A stretch of 64,000 nucleotides of DNA from a virus. Numbering within the stretch: the stretch's first letter is position 1; each line of letters opens with the position of its first letter. A program made the position numbers and the translations under genes. This document shows positions 28,845 through 38,651 of the stretch, piece by piece. Where the stretch lies: the IMG/VR virus record IMGVR_UViG_3300013117_000027. One strand, 5' to 3'. Below the pieces are notes generated by a model, which did not search any database, had not been told where the DNA came from, and saw only the letters and a program-made list of their open reading frames with translations.

Positions 28845-31048
28845 TGGTAAAGCAATACGATATAAAAAACAATATAAAGAGTATACAAAGTGTACTTGTT
28901 AGTGAGTCTATAAAAGAACGTTCTAATCTACAGTTACTCAAATCAGAGGAAGCTATAAGAAATGTTCTACAATCGTACTCAGATAAAATGAATGCAACAG
29001 GTGATAAACTTACAAAGTTATCTCAACATCTTGTTAATTCTAAAGATATAATATCTAAAGATAAGTTCAATGATCTGTTTAATAGTCTTTACATTGATAT
29101 CAAGACCTTGTATCAACACATAGACTATGTTGATGAAGTCTTATCCCTTAATCTTCATAGAAATAGAAAGTTCTTTAATGTTCTTAAGAAAAGGATGAGA
29201 GAGTTATGGAATAAGTTAGTTCTTACAAGACTTAATATTACAGATAGTTCTCAGTTTGACGAATCATACTTTGAAGCATTCTCTACTATTAATTCTAAAC
29301 ATAGATATGTAGGAGTTTTAATAGACAAGAAATCTGGCGTAATGACTCTAGAACCAAGAGAAAGTTTTATTCATAATAAGAAATACTTAATAAAAGATAT
29401 ACAGACCAAAACATATCCTGTTCATAACAAAGAAGGTGGAGTTATCCATACTACTAGTTATCTTAATAGTTTTGCATCGTCTTATAGAAGAGATGGACAG
29501 CGTGACATGTTAGAGAACGGATTATGGAAAGAACAGATACTTTGTAATGATATTCCTGATATCAAGTACGATATCAAAGATGATCTAACAGAGATAGACC
29601 AACTCTTTAAGTCTGTTAACGGTATTCTATCGTTTGTAGACATAGAGTTTACACAACCTATTCAATTTAACGACATAGAGATTGACTTATTCGGTGACTA
29701 CCCTATAACGTTAGTTTCTATAATGTGTAAGAGTGAAAGCGATGGTGTTTGGCAACCAGTAAAGAAGCTTGATAGTATTGAAGTTGATAATGGGTATCAG
29801 ACTTATGATAACTCAAAAGAAGAGACGGCTTTCGACGTACTTTCTATCAAGAATATTGAACGTACCAATGCTAGATTTATGAGACTAGTATTCAACCAGA
29901 ACAACTACGACATCCTTGATAGCAGTGAGTTTTCTATTAAAGATCTAGAGGATAAGATTAATAATGATCTCTCTGAAAGACGTTATGAGGTTGTTAAGTT
30001 AGATGGAGGATCTGATGATCGCCCAGCGATCCCAAAGAGTTATGATAATGACTCTCTATATTCACAGGTAACTGACGTAATAGAAGATACTAGAAGTTTA
30101 GAGGAGACTATAACTAAAATTATAAATATATTGGAACCGACACCTAAGCTTCAGTCTATCGACTTTAAAAAGACACTTAAGTATGAAGTTGGCGCTTGGT
30201 CTATAGAACCAAGGTACCAATCTTACTCAGGAACAGGTAAGTTTAACTCAGGAGATTATCCTATACGTGATAGGTCACTGATCTCCGTTAACTTACTTAC
30301 AAAGCAAGAAGATATAAAATATAATACTTGTAACTGGTTCGTTAGTAACCGAGGATATAATAAACATATACCTATTATAGAAAATGATAGGAGAGTTAGA
30401 AAAGAACCTGCTTATATTATAAATCCTGATTATTTTACAGATTATACTCAAGGTACATTTATTCACTTAGACTTACCTTCTTCTAATATAGACTTTGCTG
30501 ATAATACAAAGATATGGATAAATGGCGGAAGGGAGAACGGTGGAGAACCTTATCCTTTAACAGCTTTTACTTGGATAAGACTTAATTCTACTCTTATACA
30601 CATAGAAGATATACAGGATATTTATAAGAATGATTATGTTATACAATATGTGCCAGCGTCATTAGATGCAGTATATATGTATACTCTAGAGAAATTAGGA
30701 GAGGAAGAAGAAGGAGATCTTCTACCTTATGAGGTTGTAGCGTCTAGAAAATCTATGTTAAGGTACTTCCTTAGTTCGATAGATAAGACTAATGAGTACG
30801 TCATAAAGACGACGAGAGCTACTACGTTAGAGGCTGAGCTATGGTTTAGAACTAATAGACACACTTTATGTATCACGAAGGCTGTAGAAATGTTATACAG
30901 TGATAAGATACCTCCTGCTATGAGACCGACTTTAAATGTTATCACAGGTACTAGATCTAGTAAAGACCTCATAGTGTCTAGAGATATAGATAGTAATATG
31001 GACTTACCACCAATGATGCCTATAATCATCGAAAGGGACATTACATAA
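28844..31048 (+). CDS. Virion protein, member of a local paralogous family
   Basis: N-terminal coiled coil FNDLFNSLYIDIKTLY, then E.F and IDKKSGVMTL motifs shared with the genes at 32438 and 38651. Confidence 0.5.
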   Translation: MVKQYDIKNNIKSIQSVLVSESIKERSNLQLLKSEEAIRNVLQSYSDKMNATGDKLTKLSQHLVNSKDIISKDKFNDLFNSLYIDIKTLYQHIDYVDEVLSLNLHRNRKFFNVLKKRMRELWNKLVLTRLNITDSSQFDESYFEAFSTINSKHRYVGVLIDKKSGVMTLEPRESFIHNKKYLIKDIQTKTYPVHNKEGGVIHTTSYLNSFASSYRRDGQRDMLENGLWKEQILCNDIPDIKYDIKDDLTEIDQLFKSVNGILSFVDIEFTQPIQFNDIEIDLFGDYPITLVSIMCKSESDGVWQPVKKLDSIEVDNGYQTYDNSKEETAFDVLSIKNIERTNARFMRLVFNQNNYDILDSSEFSIKDLEDKINNDLSERRYEVVKLDGGSDDRPAIPKSYDNDSLYSQVTDVIEDTRSLEETITKIINILEPTPKLQSIDFKKTLKYEVGAWSIEPRYQSYSGTGKFNSGDYPIRDRSLISVNLLTKQEDIKYNTCNWFVSNRGYNKHIPIIENDRRVRKEPAYIINPDYFTDYTQGTFIHLDLPSSNIDFADNTKIWINGGRENGGEPYPLTAFTWIRLNSTLIHIEDIQDIYKNDYVIQYVPASLDAVYMYTLEKLGEEEEGDLLPYEVVASRKSMLRYFLSSIDKTNEYVIKTTRATTLEAELWFRTNRHTLCITKAVEMLYSDKIPPAMRPTLNVITGTRSSKDLIVSRDIDSNMDLPPMMPIIIERDIT

Positions 31049-31770
31049 TGGATGAAAAACAGACTCTTTATCCTGAGAGTGCTTTACTAACATCGACATT
31101 TATACCTTATTACTTTGAGCCAAAGAAGGTATCAACAATAGATAGTACTCTTATTAAGGATGATAATTATACTATAGAACAAGATGTTAACGGACTATCA
31201 TCTATCATATCAGTAAGAGATATACCTTATATTGATATATCTAAATATGATCACCTAAGGAAGCGTTTTTTCTGGACAGATCAGTTTGATAATAGATGGA
31301 GAGTATTTCTCCCAGGAGACTGGATAGAACAAGAGCAATCATTTTGGCCAGAAGACTTCACATATAATGTTTATCAAAGTATAGAAGGATTACTTGATGG
31401 TGATCTATGGACTGTAACATCTTTAAAGTTAGAAGACTTTAATATACAACAGTTTAGACCTATATCTGTGAGAGTTAACGGAGTTGAACTAGAGGATGTA
31501 AGTAACTACGCAGGAGATAGAAATATTATACCTAAGTTAGACAATATAGATCCTTCTACTAATAAACAGTTTTACTACGATATGAAGAACACTATATATA
31601 CTAACCAAGATTTCGATCTTTTTGAAGATGATAATATAGAGATTACTTATTTTAAGAACATTGATAGTGTTCAGATCTATGGAAGACTGAATACTAATGT
31701 TACAAATCTCTCATCTTACACACCGGTGGTAGATTACTACATAATAAAACTGTCTAGCCAGAACCTTTAG
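31048..31770 (+). CDS. Hypothetical virion protein
   Basis: TAATG coupling; C-terminal TPVVDYY motif shared with neighbours. Confidence 0.5.
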   Translation: MDEKQTLYPESALLTSTFIPYYFEPKKVSTIDSTLIKDDNYTIEQDVNGLSSIISVRDIPYIDISKYDHLRKRFFWTDQFDNRWRVFLPGDWIEQEQSFWPEDFTYNVYQSIEGLLDGDLWTVTSLKLEDFNIQQFRPISVRVNGVELEDVSNYAGDRNIIPKLDNIDPSTNKQFYYDMKNTIYTNQDFDLFEDDNIEITYFKNIDSVQIYGRLNTNVTNLSSYTPVVDYYIIKLSSQNL

Positions 31771-31778
31771 GAGTTTAA

Positions 31779-32438
31779 ATGCATAAAATAGATATACAAC
31801 AGTTAAAACTTGATTGGGATGAATGTAGAAATTTAACACAGTTAGAAAAAATATATAGTTGTTCAAGAAAGACATTAGCTAGAAGACTTAACGGTATAGG
31901 TATAGACACAAATAAAAGACTATATCCTATTATAGAAGGTAAGAAAGAGTGTAGAGAATGTGGTAATACATTAACTATAGACAACTTTCATTCTATAAAA
32001 GTGACTATATGCAGAAAGTGTATTAAGAAGTATAATAAACAGTATCAATGTAATAATAGATCTCATATAAATGCTAGCAGGAAACAACGTTATATCAATG
32101 ATACTGGATACAGAATAGAATGTAATATAAGAAGTAGATTATGTAATGTTCTTGCTGGTAAGAATAAATCTGCTTCAACTAAAGAACTTTTAGGTTGTAC
32201 AATAGATGAACTCAAAACGCATCTTCAGTCTACAGCTATTATTAATGGTTACAAAGACTTCGATATTAATAGCTACTTAGGACATGAATATCACATAGAC
32301 CATATACGTCCATGTTCTTCTTTTAATCTTAAAGATGAAGAAGAACAAAGACAGTGTTTTAACTGGTCTAACTTACAAATCCTTTCAGCTAAAGAGAATT
32401 TTAAGAAGGGTAATAAACTAACAGGACAAAATCTATAA
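31779..32438 (+). CDS. Free-standing HNH-type homing endonuclease, paralog of 8203..8871
   Basis: CREC...CRKC; YHIDHIRPCSSF...CFNWSNLQILSAKENFKK; 87 bp identical to the first copy. Confidence 0.8.
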   Translation: MHKIDIQQLKLDWDECRNLTQLEKIYSCSRKTLARRLNGIGIDTNKRLYPIIEGKKECRECGNTLTIDNFHSIKVTICRKCIKKYNKQYQCNNRSHINASRKQRYINDTGYRIECNIRSRLCNVLAGKNKSASTKELLGCTIDELKTHLQSTAIINGYKDFDINSYLGHEYHIDHIRPCSSFNLKDEEEQRQCFNWSNLQILSAKENFKKGNKLTGQNL

Positions 32439-33820
32439 TGAATAGTTACGTAAGAAAAATAAATGAGAAGTATATATCTGATTTTAAATTTAGAATACAA
32501 TCTGGTATAGCAGAGCTTGTCCGTAGTACAGATGCTACAGTTTTAAAAGTTATATTACAAGAGGTTAATAGACTTTTTAGAATAATGTCAGGAAGACTTG
32601 TTTCAAGATTAGACATTCCTATGCCTGATAGATTCCCTGATGCTGACAAGTTTAACAGTTTTATATCTGATATAGATATAGATCTTGATAAAGTATTTAC
32701 TGCTCAAGAGTTAGTCTCTAACGATGTTCAGAATGTCGTTAATTTTAACTCTCTTGAAAGAGAAAAAGCTAGAAGAAATCTAGCAGACGCTCAGAAGAAA
32801 GTTTATAATGTATATATAAAGTCTAAGATGGGTTTAGATGGTGCAACTGTTATAAGAGAAGACTTTAGAGATGATAGGTTGTATGCTGAATCTAATGGTG
32901 TACAGATAAATCTTAACAAAGAGAATCTTACACTTAAAGTAGAAGAAAGTTTTGTAGATAGAAAGTCTGTTCATAAAGATAAGGTTGATATATATTTTAC
33001 GGAGTTACCAGACGAGGGTTTCAAACTTTATCCTAATAATAGAAACTTAGCTTTAGGATCATTCTGGAAGCGCGGTACCAGTGATATTCATTTCACTGCT
33101 AAAAACGACGAAGGAAGATACAAGACTTATATGGTAGATGAGAACGATGGAGTTAACGTCGGTAGCACTCAATTCGAAGCTGTTTATACGTACGAACAAG
33201 CATCTAATCTTAGTATCAGAGATAGAGTTGAACGCGAGTTAGGTAATTATCTTAATCTTCATCCTAGCTTTATAATGATAGACGATGCTATATCTATTCG
33301 TAGAACTTATATTACTCAGAAGTCAATGGAAGGTATAGAGGAAGTTATTAACCCTAGTATTAAACTTGTAGTACCTTTTAAAGGAGAAGCTCCGGTTGGT
33401 ACAACGTTTATAGTAGACTTAGAAGGTAACGATGCTAATGTTATTCCTACGATTGATGTTGCTAAGTCTTTTGTTTACGACGAAAATAATAGGAAAGTTA
33501 AATTTCAAAAGATACCTGATTCTAAAGTGGATGAGTACGGTAAGACAGGTAGATATGAGTTAGTCTTTAACGAACCATTAAGACCTACAAGGATGGAACT
33601 TATATGTTTCTTTAACTCTAATGCTTGGGCTGATATAACAGAATATATGATTTCTGAATATTTATTCGAGAAAATTAAAAAGATAACTTTACAGACTAAT
33701 CTAGGTAATATAGAAACTATTTTAAGAAAGAAAGCATACGTGTTCGTTGATGCTGAAAGTGATCTTTTAAATGAAAGACGTAGAGCTAACGACGTAATGC
33801 AGTTTAAAGGAGTTAAGTAA
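32438..33820 (+). CDS. Virion protein, member of a local paralogous family
   Basis: FNSFISDIDIDLDKVF, IREDF, INLNKENLTL motifs. Confidence 0.5.
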   Translation: MNSYVRKINEKYISDFKFRIQSGIAELVRSTDATVLKVILQEVNRLFRIMSGRLVSRLDIPMPDRFPDADKFNSFISDIDIDLDKVFTAQELVSNDVQNVVNFNSLEREKARRNLADAQKKVYNVYIKSKMGLDGATVIREDFRDDRLYAESNGVQINLNKENLTLKVEESFVDRKSVHKDKVDIYFTELPDEGFKLYPNNRNLALGSFWKRGTSDIHFTAKNDEGRYKTYMVDENDGVNVGSTQFEAVYTYEQASNLSIRDRVERELGNYLNLHPSFIMIDDAISIRRTYITQKSMEGIEEVINPSIKLVVPFKGEAPVGTTFIVDLEGNDANVIPTIDVAKSFVYDENNRKVKFQKIPDSKVDEYGKTGRYELVFNEPLRPTRMELICFFNSNAWADITEYMISEYLFEKIKKITLQTNLGNIETILRKKAYVFVDAESDLLNERRRANDVMQFKGVK

Positions 33821-35224
33821 ATGTTAACAGGACTACCAGGAACTAATAAAGGCACAACAAGAGATACAAAGTACACATATATAGCTGCGATAGATGATGA
33901 GATAACAACAGGAAATTCTAATGCGGAGTTTAAAGGTTTAAGTATATATGTTAAAGAAACTGATACCAGACTTGATAGGAATAAGACAACCGATGTTGCC
34001 GCGTGGGAAAAGCACGAAATTAATACTCCACTTCGAGCAAGAATATTTGGGATGCAATCTTACTATCATAGAGTTTTAAAAAAGGTGAATGTTGCTAAAT
34101 GGGATAATGACATAGACGAGTTTAGTGGTAAGAATGATCTATGGGTAGTAGAAAAGATTCCAGAGATGTGGATAGATCAGAATCAACACTATGAATATCA
34201 AAAATTGTTAGAAGATAATCTTGCTAACGATATCCATTACGATAATGACTTTAACTATATAGTCGATTCTGATTCGTACGGTGATGATAGTAACGGGTTA
34301 TATATTATTTCTAAGAGAAATACTCTTAAAGGTAATAGAACAGATCAACTCGGTGGGAATCCATTTAATGTAAGTATACAATCTTTTAAAGATGGAAGCA
34401 AACGTAGAGTATATCTTGTATATGTTATGGAACACACACTTATACTTCCTAAAGCTTACTTTTGTTATAGTATAAACGGTAAGATAAGCGATTATTTTAA
34501 TAAGACACCTTTATATTCTGAGAATTCTTATCAAAAAGGTAGGAGTAGATATAAACGAGATATTTCTGCTAAATATTATGTACCTGTTATAATGGAATTA
34601 AGGTACGAAGATCAAAAGATGAAGTTCAAAGCTGTAGCATCTCCTGTTGCTGATACTAATAATAAGATTGCGGCAAGTGTTGGTGATTACGCACATAACT
34701 TTAACCTTATTCCATGGAAAAGGTACGAGAAACCTTTATTAGGCGGAAGTAGTACCCAATGCGATGGAGATCTATATCTTCCTAGTAATAATAGATGTCT
34801 TACGTCGTCTTACCTTGATTACGAAGAAGAACATCTTATGATTATAACTACATATGAGGGAGGGAAGAGTGATACATCTTTTCCTGAACATAGACTATAC
34901 GTCAGTAGATATGATACTACAAGTGAGATAGATCCTCTTCCTGATAGAATGAAATATATAGATCTTTTATCAGTTATAAAATCTGGTGGTGGATCTCATT
35001 ATGGTAACGACACTAACGTATCTTATATAGATATTACTAAGTGGCAGGATAACTATATTATATCTGTTTCTTATGATAACGGTACGGCTACTTCTCTTCA
35101 GACCGTATTATTAAAAATGCCTGTTGGTACTAGTTATAACGAGAGTGATATAGAGTATTACACTAAGATTAAAAACTCCGGATTTGCTGGTATACAAGGT
35201 TTAACAGAAGGATGGGCAACGTAA
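33821..35224 (+). CDS. Hypothetical protein in virion module
   Basis: 467-aa ORF abutting neighbours. Confidence 0.5.
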   Translation: MLTGLPGTNKGTTRDTKYTYIAAIDDEITTGNSNAEFKGLSIYVKETDTRLDRNKTTDVAAWEKHEINTPLRARIFGMQSYYHRVLKKVNVAKWDNDIDEFSGKNDLWVVEKIPEMWIDQNQHYEYQKLLEDNLANDIHYDNDFNYIVDSDSYGDDSNGLYIISKRNTLKGNRTDQLGGNPFNVSIQSFKDGSKRRVYLVYVMEHTLILPKAYFCYSINGKISDYFNKTPLYSENSYQKGRSRYKRDISAKYYVPVIMELRYEDQKMKFKAVASPVADTNNKIAASVGDYAHNFNLIPWKRYEKPLLGGSSTQCDGDLYLPSNNRCLTSSYLDYEEEHLMIITTYEGGKSDTSFPEHRLYVSRYDTTSEIDPLPDRMKYIDLLSVIKSGGGSHYGNDTNVSYIDITKWQDNYIISVSYDNGTATSLQTVLLKMPVGTSYNESDIEYYTKIKNSGFAGIQGLTEGWAT

Positions 35225-37263
35225 TGGCATATTGGAACGAGTTACTTATAACTTGCTTAGATGAAGATGGAAGACTACGTTTATATACAATGGACGATAT
35301 AGGTAGTACATCTATGACACTTGTATCTGATAGGAGTGATAAATACGATAAAGAATGGAATAAAAAACGTATAAAACAAGTCGATCCATTACCTTCTAAC
35401 TTTGATTTTAATGGCAAAACTGTCGATGAAGCTTATCACCTAAAGTCTGGTAAGAAAAGATTAAGATATGACCAATGTTCAAATACATGGACATCGAAAC
35501 ACGATAAGACTTACTATCTTACCACATACCCTACTATCTATCTAGGTAATGTTTTTATACATAATGTGAGATCTTACTATGAGAATAACTATAAGATAGA
35601 AGACGATTTCTTTGGACAAGGATGGTACGATGTATCTTATGGTAATTTTACACCTCTGACTCACGGACACCAAGAATATTTAGATAGTATAGATCATGAA
35701 CAAGGGATGTTTATTAATAAGATCCAAGGACCCGGAACAGATAAGACAGATAGTATTGTTTATATTAACTCTAGAACATACAATAGTCAGTCTCAACCAG
35801 GATATAACTACGTAGTTCAACCTATTGATATTCTTACTAACTACTCAGGTGTATACTTTGGTTATCCTGAGTTTGATAATGATGATCTTGGTAATAATCT
35901 GATAGTAAAACTAAAAGATTTAGATTCTGCATCAGATACGTTACGAGATATCTCTATAAAAGGATATTTTAACGTACAACCTAACTACATGGACGATGAG
36001 TATGATGGTCAATCAGCAGGAGACGGTGGGAATGAAGTGATACTTCCTCATTTGTACGGAGCTAGTCCTAGAATGGATCATGTTACGAGCATTAGTGATG
36101 AACAAGTGAAGTTTACTGTCACGTGGGAAGATAAAGAGTACAAAGATTATACTGGTGAGAACTACACCGGTCCACATATATCTGAGAATAACTATACATT
36201 AACAGGATGGATAAATCCTACTCTTTACAAGTGGAATTCTGGTGCACCGTTGGCTTCAACTGAGTTATACGTTAGCTATACGTTTATACCTCCTTTCTCT
36301 CAAGATCCTATTCTTACATACGGTGGAGTAGAGCAATCAGGATATGTATCAGTGTCAGAACTTGTTGTATCAGGAGAGTATGAGACTCCTGAATATATAG
36401 GTACTTGGTTACAATGGAAAGATACAGATGGAACATGGATAGATTTAGAGAGTAAACCTGATAGACATTATAGATTCGATACAGATGACTCTGCTAAGCA
36501 GATTCTAGGGTCTCCTGTACGAGCTAAGGTTGGATATGAGTTCATGGGCGGTAACGTTTATAGATACTCTAAGGAAGTATGTCCTTCTTACGATAACTAC
36601 TTTGATATAAGTGAGATAACTGTAGCGTTAAGTGGTGTTAAATATGATAAACAAGCAGCTTCTAATGTTCCTTACTATCAGACATGGATACAGAGTGTTG
36701 GTGAACAGGTACAGGTTAACTCTATGGGCTCTACGTTCTTCACTGTTACAGATGTATACGCTGAGGCAGAGTTTACTTTAGACGGAAATGCTAGAAATAT
36801 ACAAGGCAAGACAGTAGGATATATACCTTACCCTAAGTACATATGGTTAGTAGGCGTTAACTACGATAAGATATTCGACGCCAGTGCAAATACAAAGAAC
36901 ACATGGATGAGAATAACAGAAAACTTTGTTAACAAGGACAGGGTTAAAAATGGATATCAGTTAGCTTATCCTAATATAACAAGTAGTAAAGCTAATGATA
37001 TGATAGATGACTGCACAGGTGGTCAGAATGTAGAGAACGCTGATGGTATAGTATGGACCAGGTACGACGCTAGTATATGGTATGACAATCACAATGACGG
37101 TAGTTTTGATTCAAATGATTATACTATGAGTGTTAAACTAGGTGGCGGAAAATATGCATTGTTTGTTATTGTACAAGATAGTACAGGATGGGCAACAGCT
37201 TACTGTCTTACTAATCCAAAAGATAACTACTTCGACTCGCCTACAAGATTCAAGTTTGAATAG
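35224..37263 (+). CDS. Hypothetical protein in virion module (start at 35224 or 35212)
   Basis: ATG at 35224 overlaps the upstream TAA; D/Y/G-rich. Confidence 0.5.
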   Translation: MAYWNELLITCLDEDGRLRLYTMDDIGSTSMTLVSDRSDKYDKEWNKKRIKQVDPLPSNFDFNGKTVDEAYHLKSGKKRLRYDQCSNTWTSKHDKTYYLTTYPTIYLGNVFIHNVRSYYENNYKIEDDFFGQGWYDVSYGNFTPLTHGHQEYLDSIDHEQGMFINKIQGPGTDKTDSIVYINSRTYNSQSQPGYNYVVQPIDILTNYSGVYFGYPEFDNDDLGNNLIVKLKDLDSASDTLRDISIKGYFNVQPNYMDDEYDGQSAGDGGNEVILPHLYGASPRMDHVTSISDEQVKFTVTWEDKEYKDYTGENYTGPHISENNYTLTGWINPTLYKWNSGAPLASTELYVSYTFIPPFSQDPILTYGGVEQSGYVSVSELVVSGEYETPEYIGTWLQWKDTDGTWIDLESKPDRHYRFDTDDSAKQILGSPVRAKVGYEFMGGNVYRYSKEVCPSYDNYFDISEITVALSGVKYDKQAASNVPYYQTWIQSVGEQVQVNSMGSTFFTVTDVYAEAEFTLDGNARNIQGKTVGYIPYPKYIWLVGVNYDKIFDASANTKNTWMRITENFVNKDRVKNGYQLAYPNITSSKANDMIDDCTGGQNVENADGIVWTRYDASIWYDNHNDGSFDSNDYTMSVKLGGGKYALFVIVQDSTGWATAYCLTNPKDNYFDSPTRFKFE

Positions 37264-37271
37264 GAGAACTA

Positions 37272-38651
37272 ATGCCAAAATATAGTGATATTTTTATCAA
37301 AATTATGGATCAAGGGATTGATCCTGTTCCAATGACAATGCTGTCGAAGTGGAGTAACGAAGGTAACTCTATTGTTCATGTTGAATCTTCTGGTCTTGTT
37401 CCTGAGAATATAGAGTTAAGAACATTACTGTATCCATCAGGTGCTGGGTTATCTAGTGCTACTATACAGTACTTACTAGATAGAGATAATACTAACATCT
37501 TGTTAGGATACGTACGGAACTCTGGGTACTATTTTAATGTACAACATTTCTATGATAATCTTAGAAAGTATAAGTATGACCATGTAATAGCTCATGATGA
37601 CCAGAATGATTACTACTTCCTAGCTTACTCAGCAAGTGCCATAGGTGAAACTTCTATATTTCAGGAGGTTATAGCCGAGGTTCCAGGTGTAGTTCTTACA
37701 AAGCCTGCTGTTCCTAACCCTAATAACATATCGGTAGAAGCACAGGTACTGTCAGAGAATCCTGAAGTGTCAGATATACAGTTATCTTTATACCATAAGC
37801 GAGAAATTAACAACTTCTGGTTATCAGATCCAGATCCTTACAAGGTTTATATCTGGGGTAAAGAAACTAATCTTTACTACGAGCCAGATGGCACACCTAT
37901 ACCGTCTCCTGGCCAGGCAACAGCTAACAACTTCTTCGAAGACTCTTTAAGTGGTATGTTTCTTACTCTTCCTTTTGTTTCAGGAGATATAGGTAGTTCT
38001 AAGAAGAGAACTTATGAGATATCTATGACTTACTATGATCAAGATGGTGATCAGACACCGGCGATAACATTTGATACTGATAAGATCAACGAAAGTTCAG
38101 ACCTTTTCGACGTAGGAGAGATAGAATCTTTCTTAGATGTTAAAGCTGAAAAGGTAGAAGAAATACCTATAAAGAAAGACGTTGTTCTAAAGAAAAGACT
38201 GGCTGTAGGAGTAGAAGATCTAGGTATAATGAACGAGTTATACTCTAAAGAAGGAGTATACGTGTCAGAGTACTATAACCTAGACGATCCATTGTATACA
38301 TTTTATATGAAAGCAGGGGAAACTCTTCCTGAAACTGACGGGTACAGTATTGTTAGGTACTACGTACAGTTTAATAACCAGGATTGGGTAAGATTCTCTC
38401 CTGTAACAAGACTAAATGAGGTAGATGATGACGGGAACTTTTTACCAAAGTTCTTTGTTCTAGATGACCTTAATATAGGACATATATCTACACAGTTAAC
38501 AGAGCTAAAGTACGACTTTCCTGTTTACTCGTTTAGGATTAGAATAGAGATAGATATGTCGTTCATGGAGACTAACAACTTTATATCTCCAGCTATAGAC
38601 TATTACGAATGTCATGTGACAGATCGTAATTCATTCATGAGGGTTGAATAA
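37272..38651 (+). CDS. Hypothetical virion protein
   Basis: AGGAG SD; C-terminal SPAIDYY motif. Confidence 0.5.
   Translation: MPKYSDIFIKIMDQGIDPVPMTMLSKWSNEGNSIVHVESSGLVPENIELRTLLYPSGAGLSSATIQYLLDRDNTNILLGYVRNSGYYFNVQHFYDNLRKYKYDHVIAHDDQNDYYFLAYSASAIGETSIFQEVIAEVPGVVLTKPAVPNPNNISVEAQVLSENPEVSDIQLSLYHKREINNFWLSDPDPYKVYIWGKETNLYYEPDGTPIPSPGQATANNFFEDSLSGMFLTLPFVSGDIGSSKKRTYEISMTYYDQDGDQTPAITFDTDKINESSDLFDVGEIESFLDVKAEKVEEIPIKKDVVLKKRLAVGVEDLGIMNELYSKEGVYVSEYYNLDDPLYTFYMKAGETLPETDGYSIVRYYVQFNNQDWVRFSPVTRLNEVDDDGNFLPKFFVLDDLNIGHISTQLTELKYDFPVYSFRIRIEIDMSFMETNNFISPAIDYYECHVTDRNSFMRVE

Noticed and set aside
8503-32300. Diversity-generating retroelement TR/VR pair (the HNH repeats)
   Set aside because: Mismatches are not adenine-specific, both copies are coding, and no reverse transcriptase is visible
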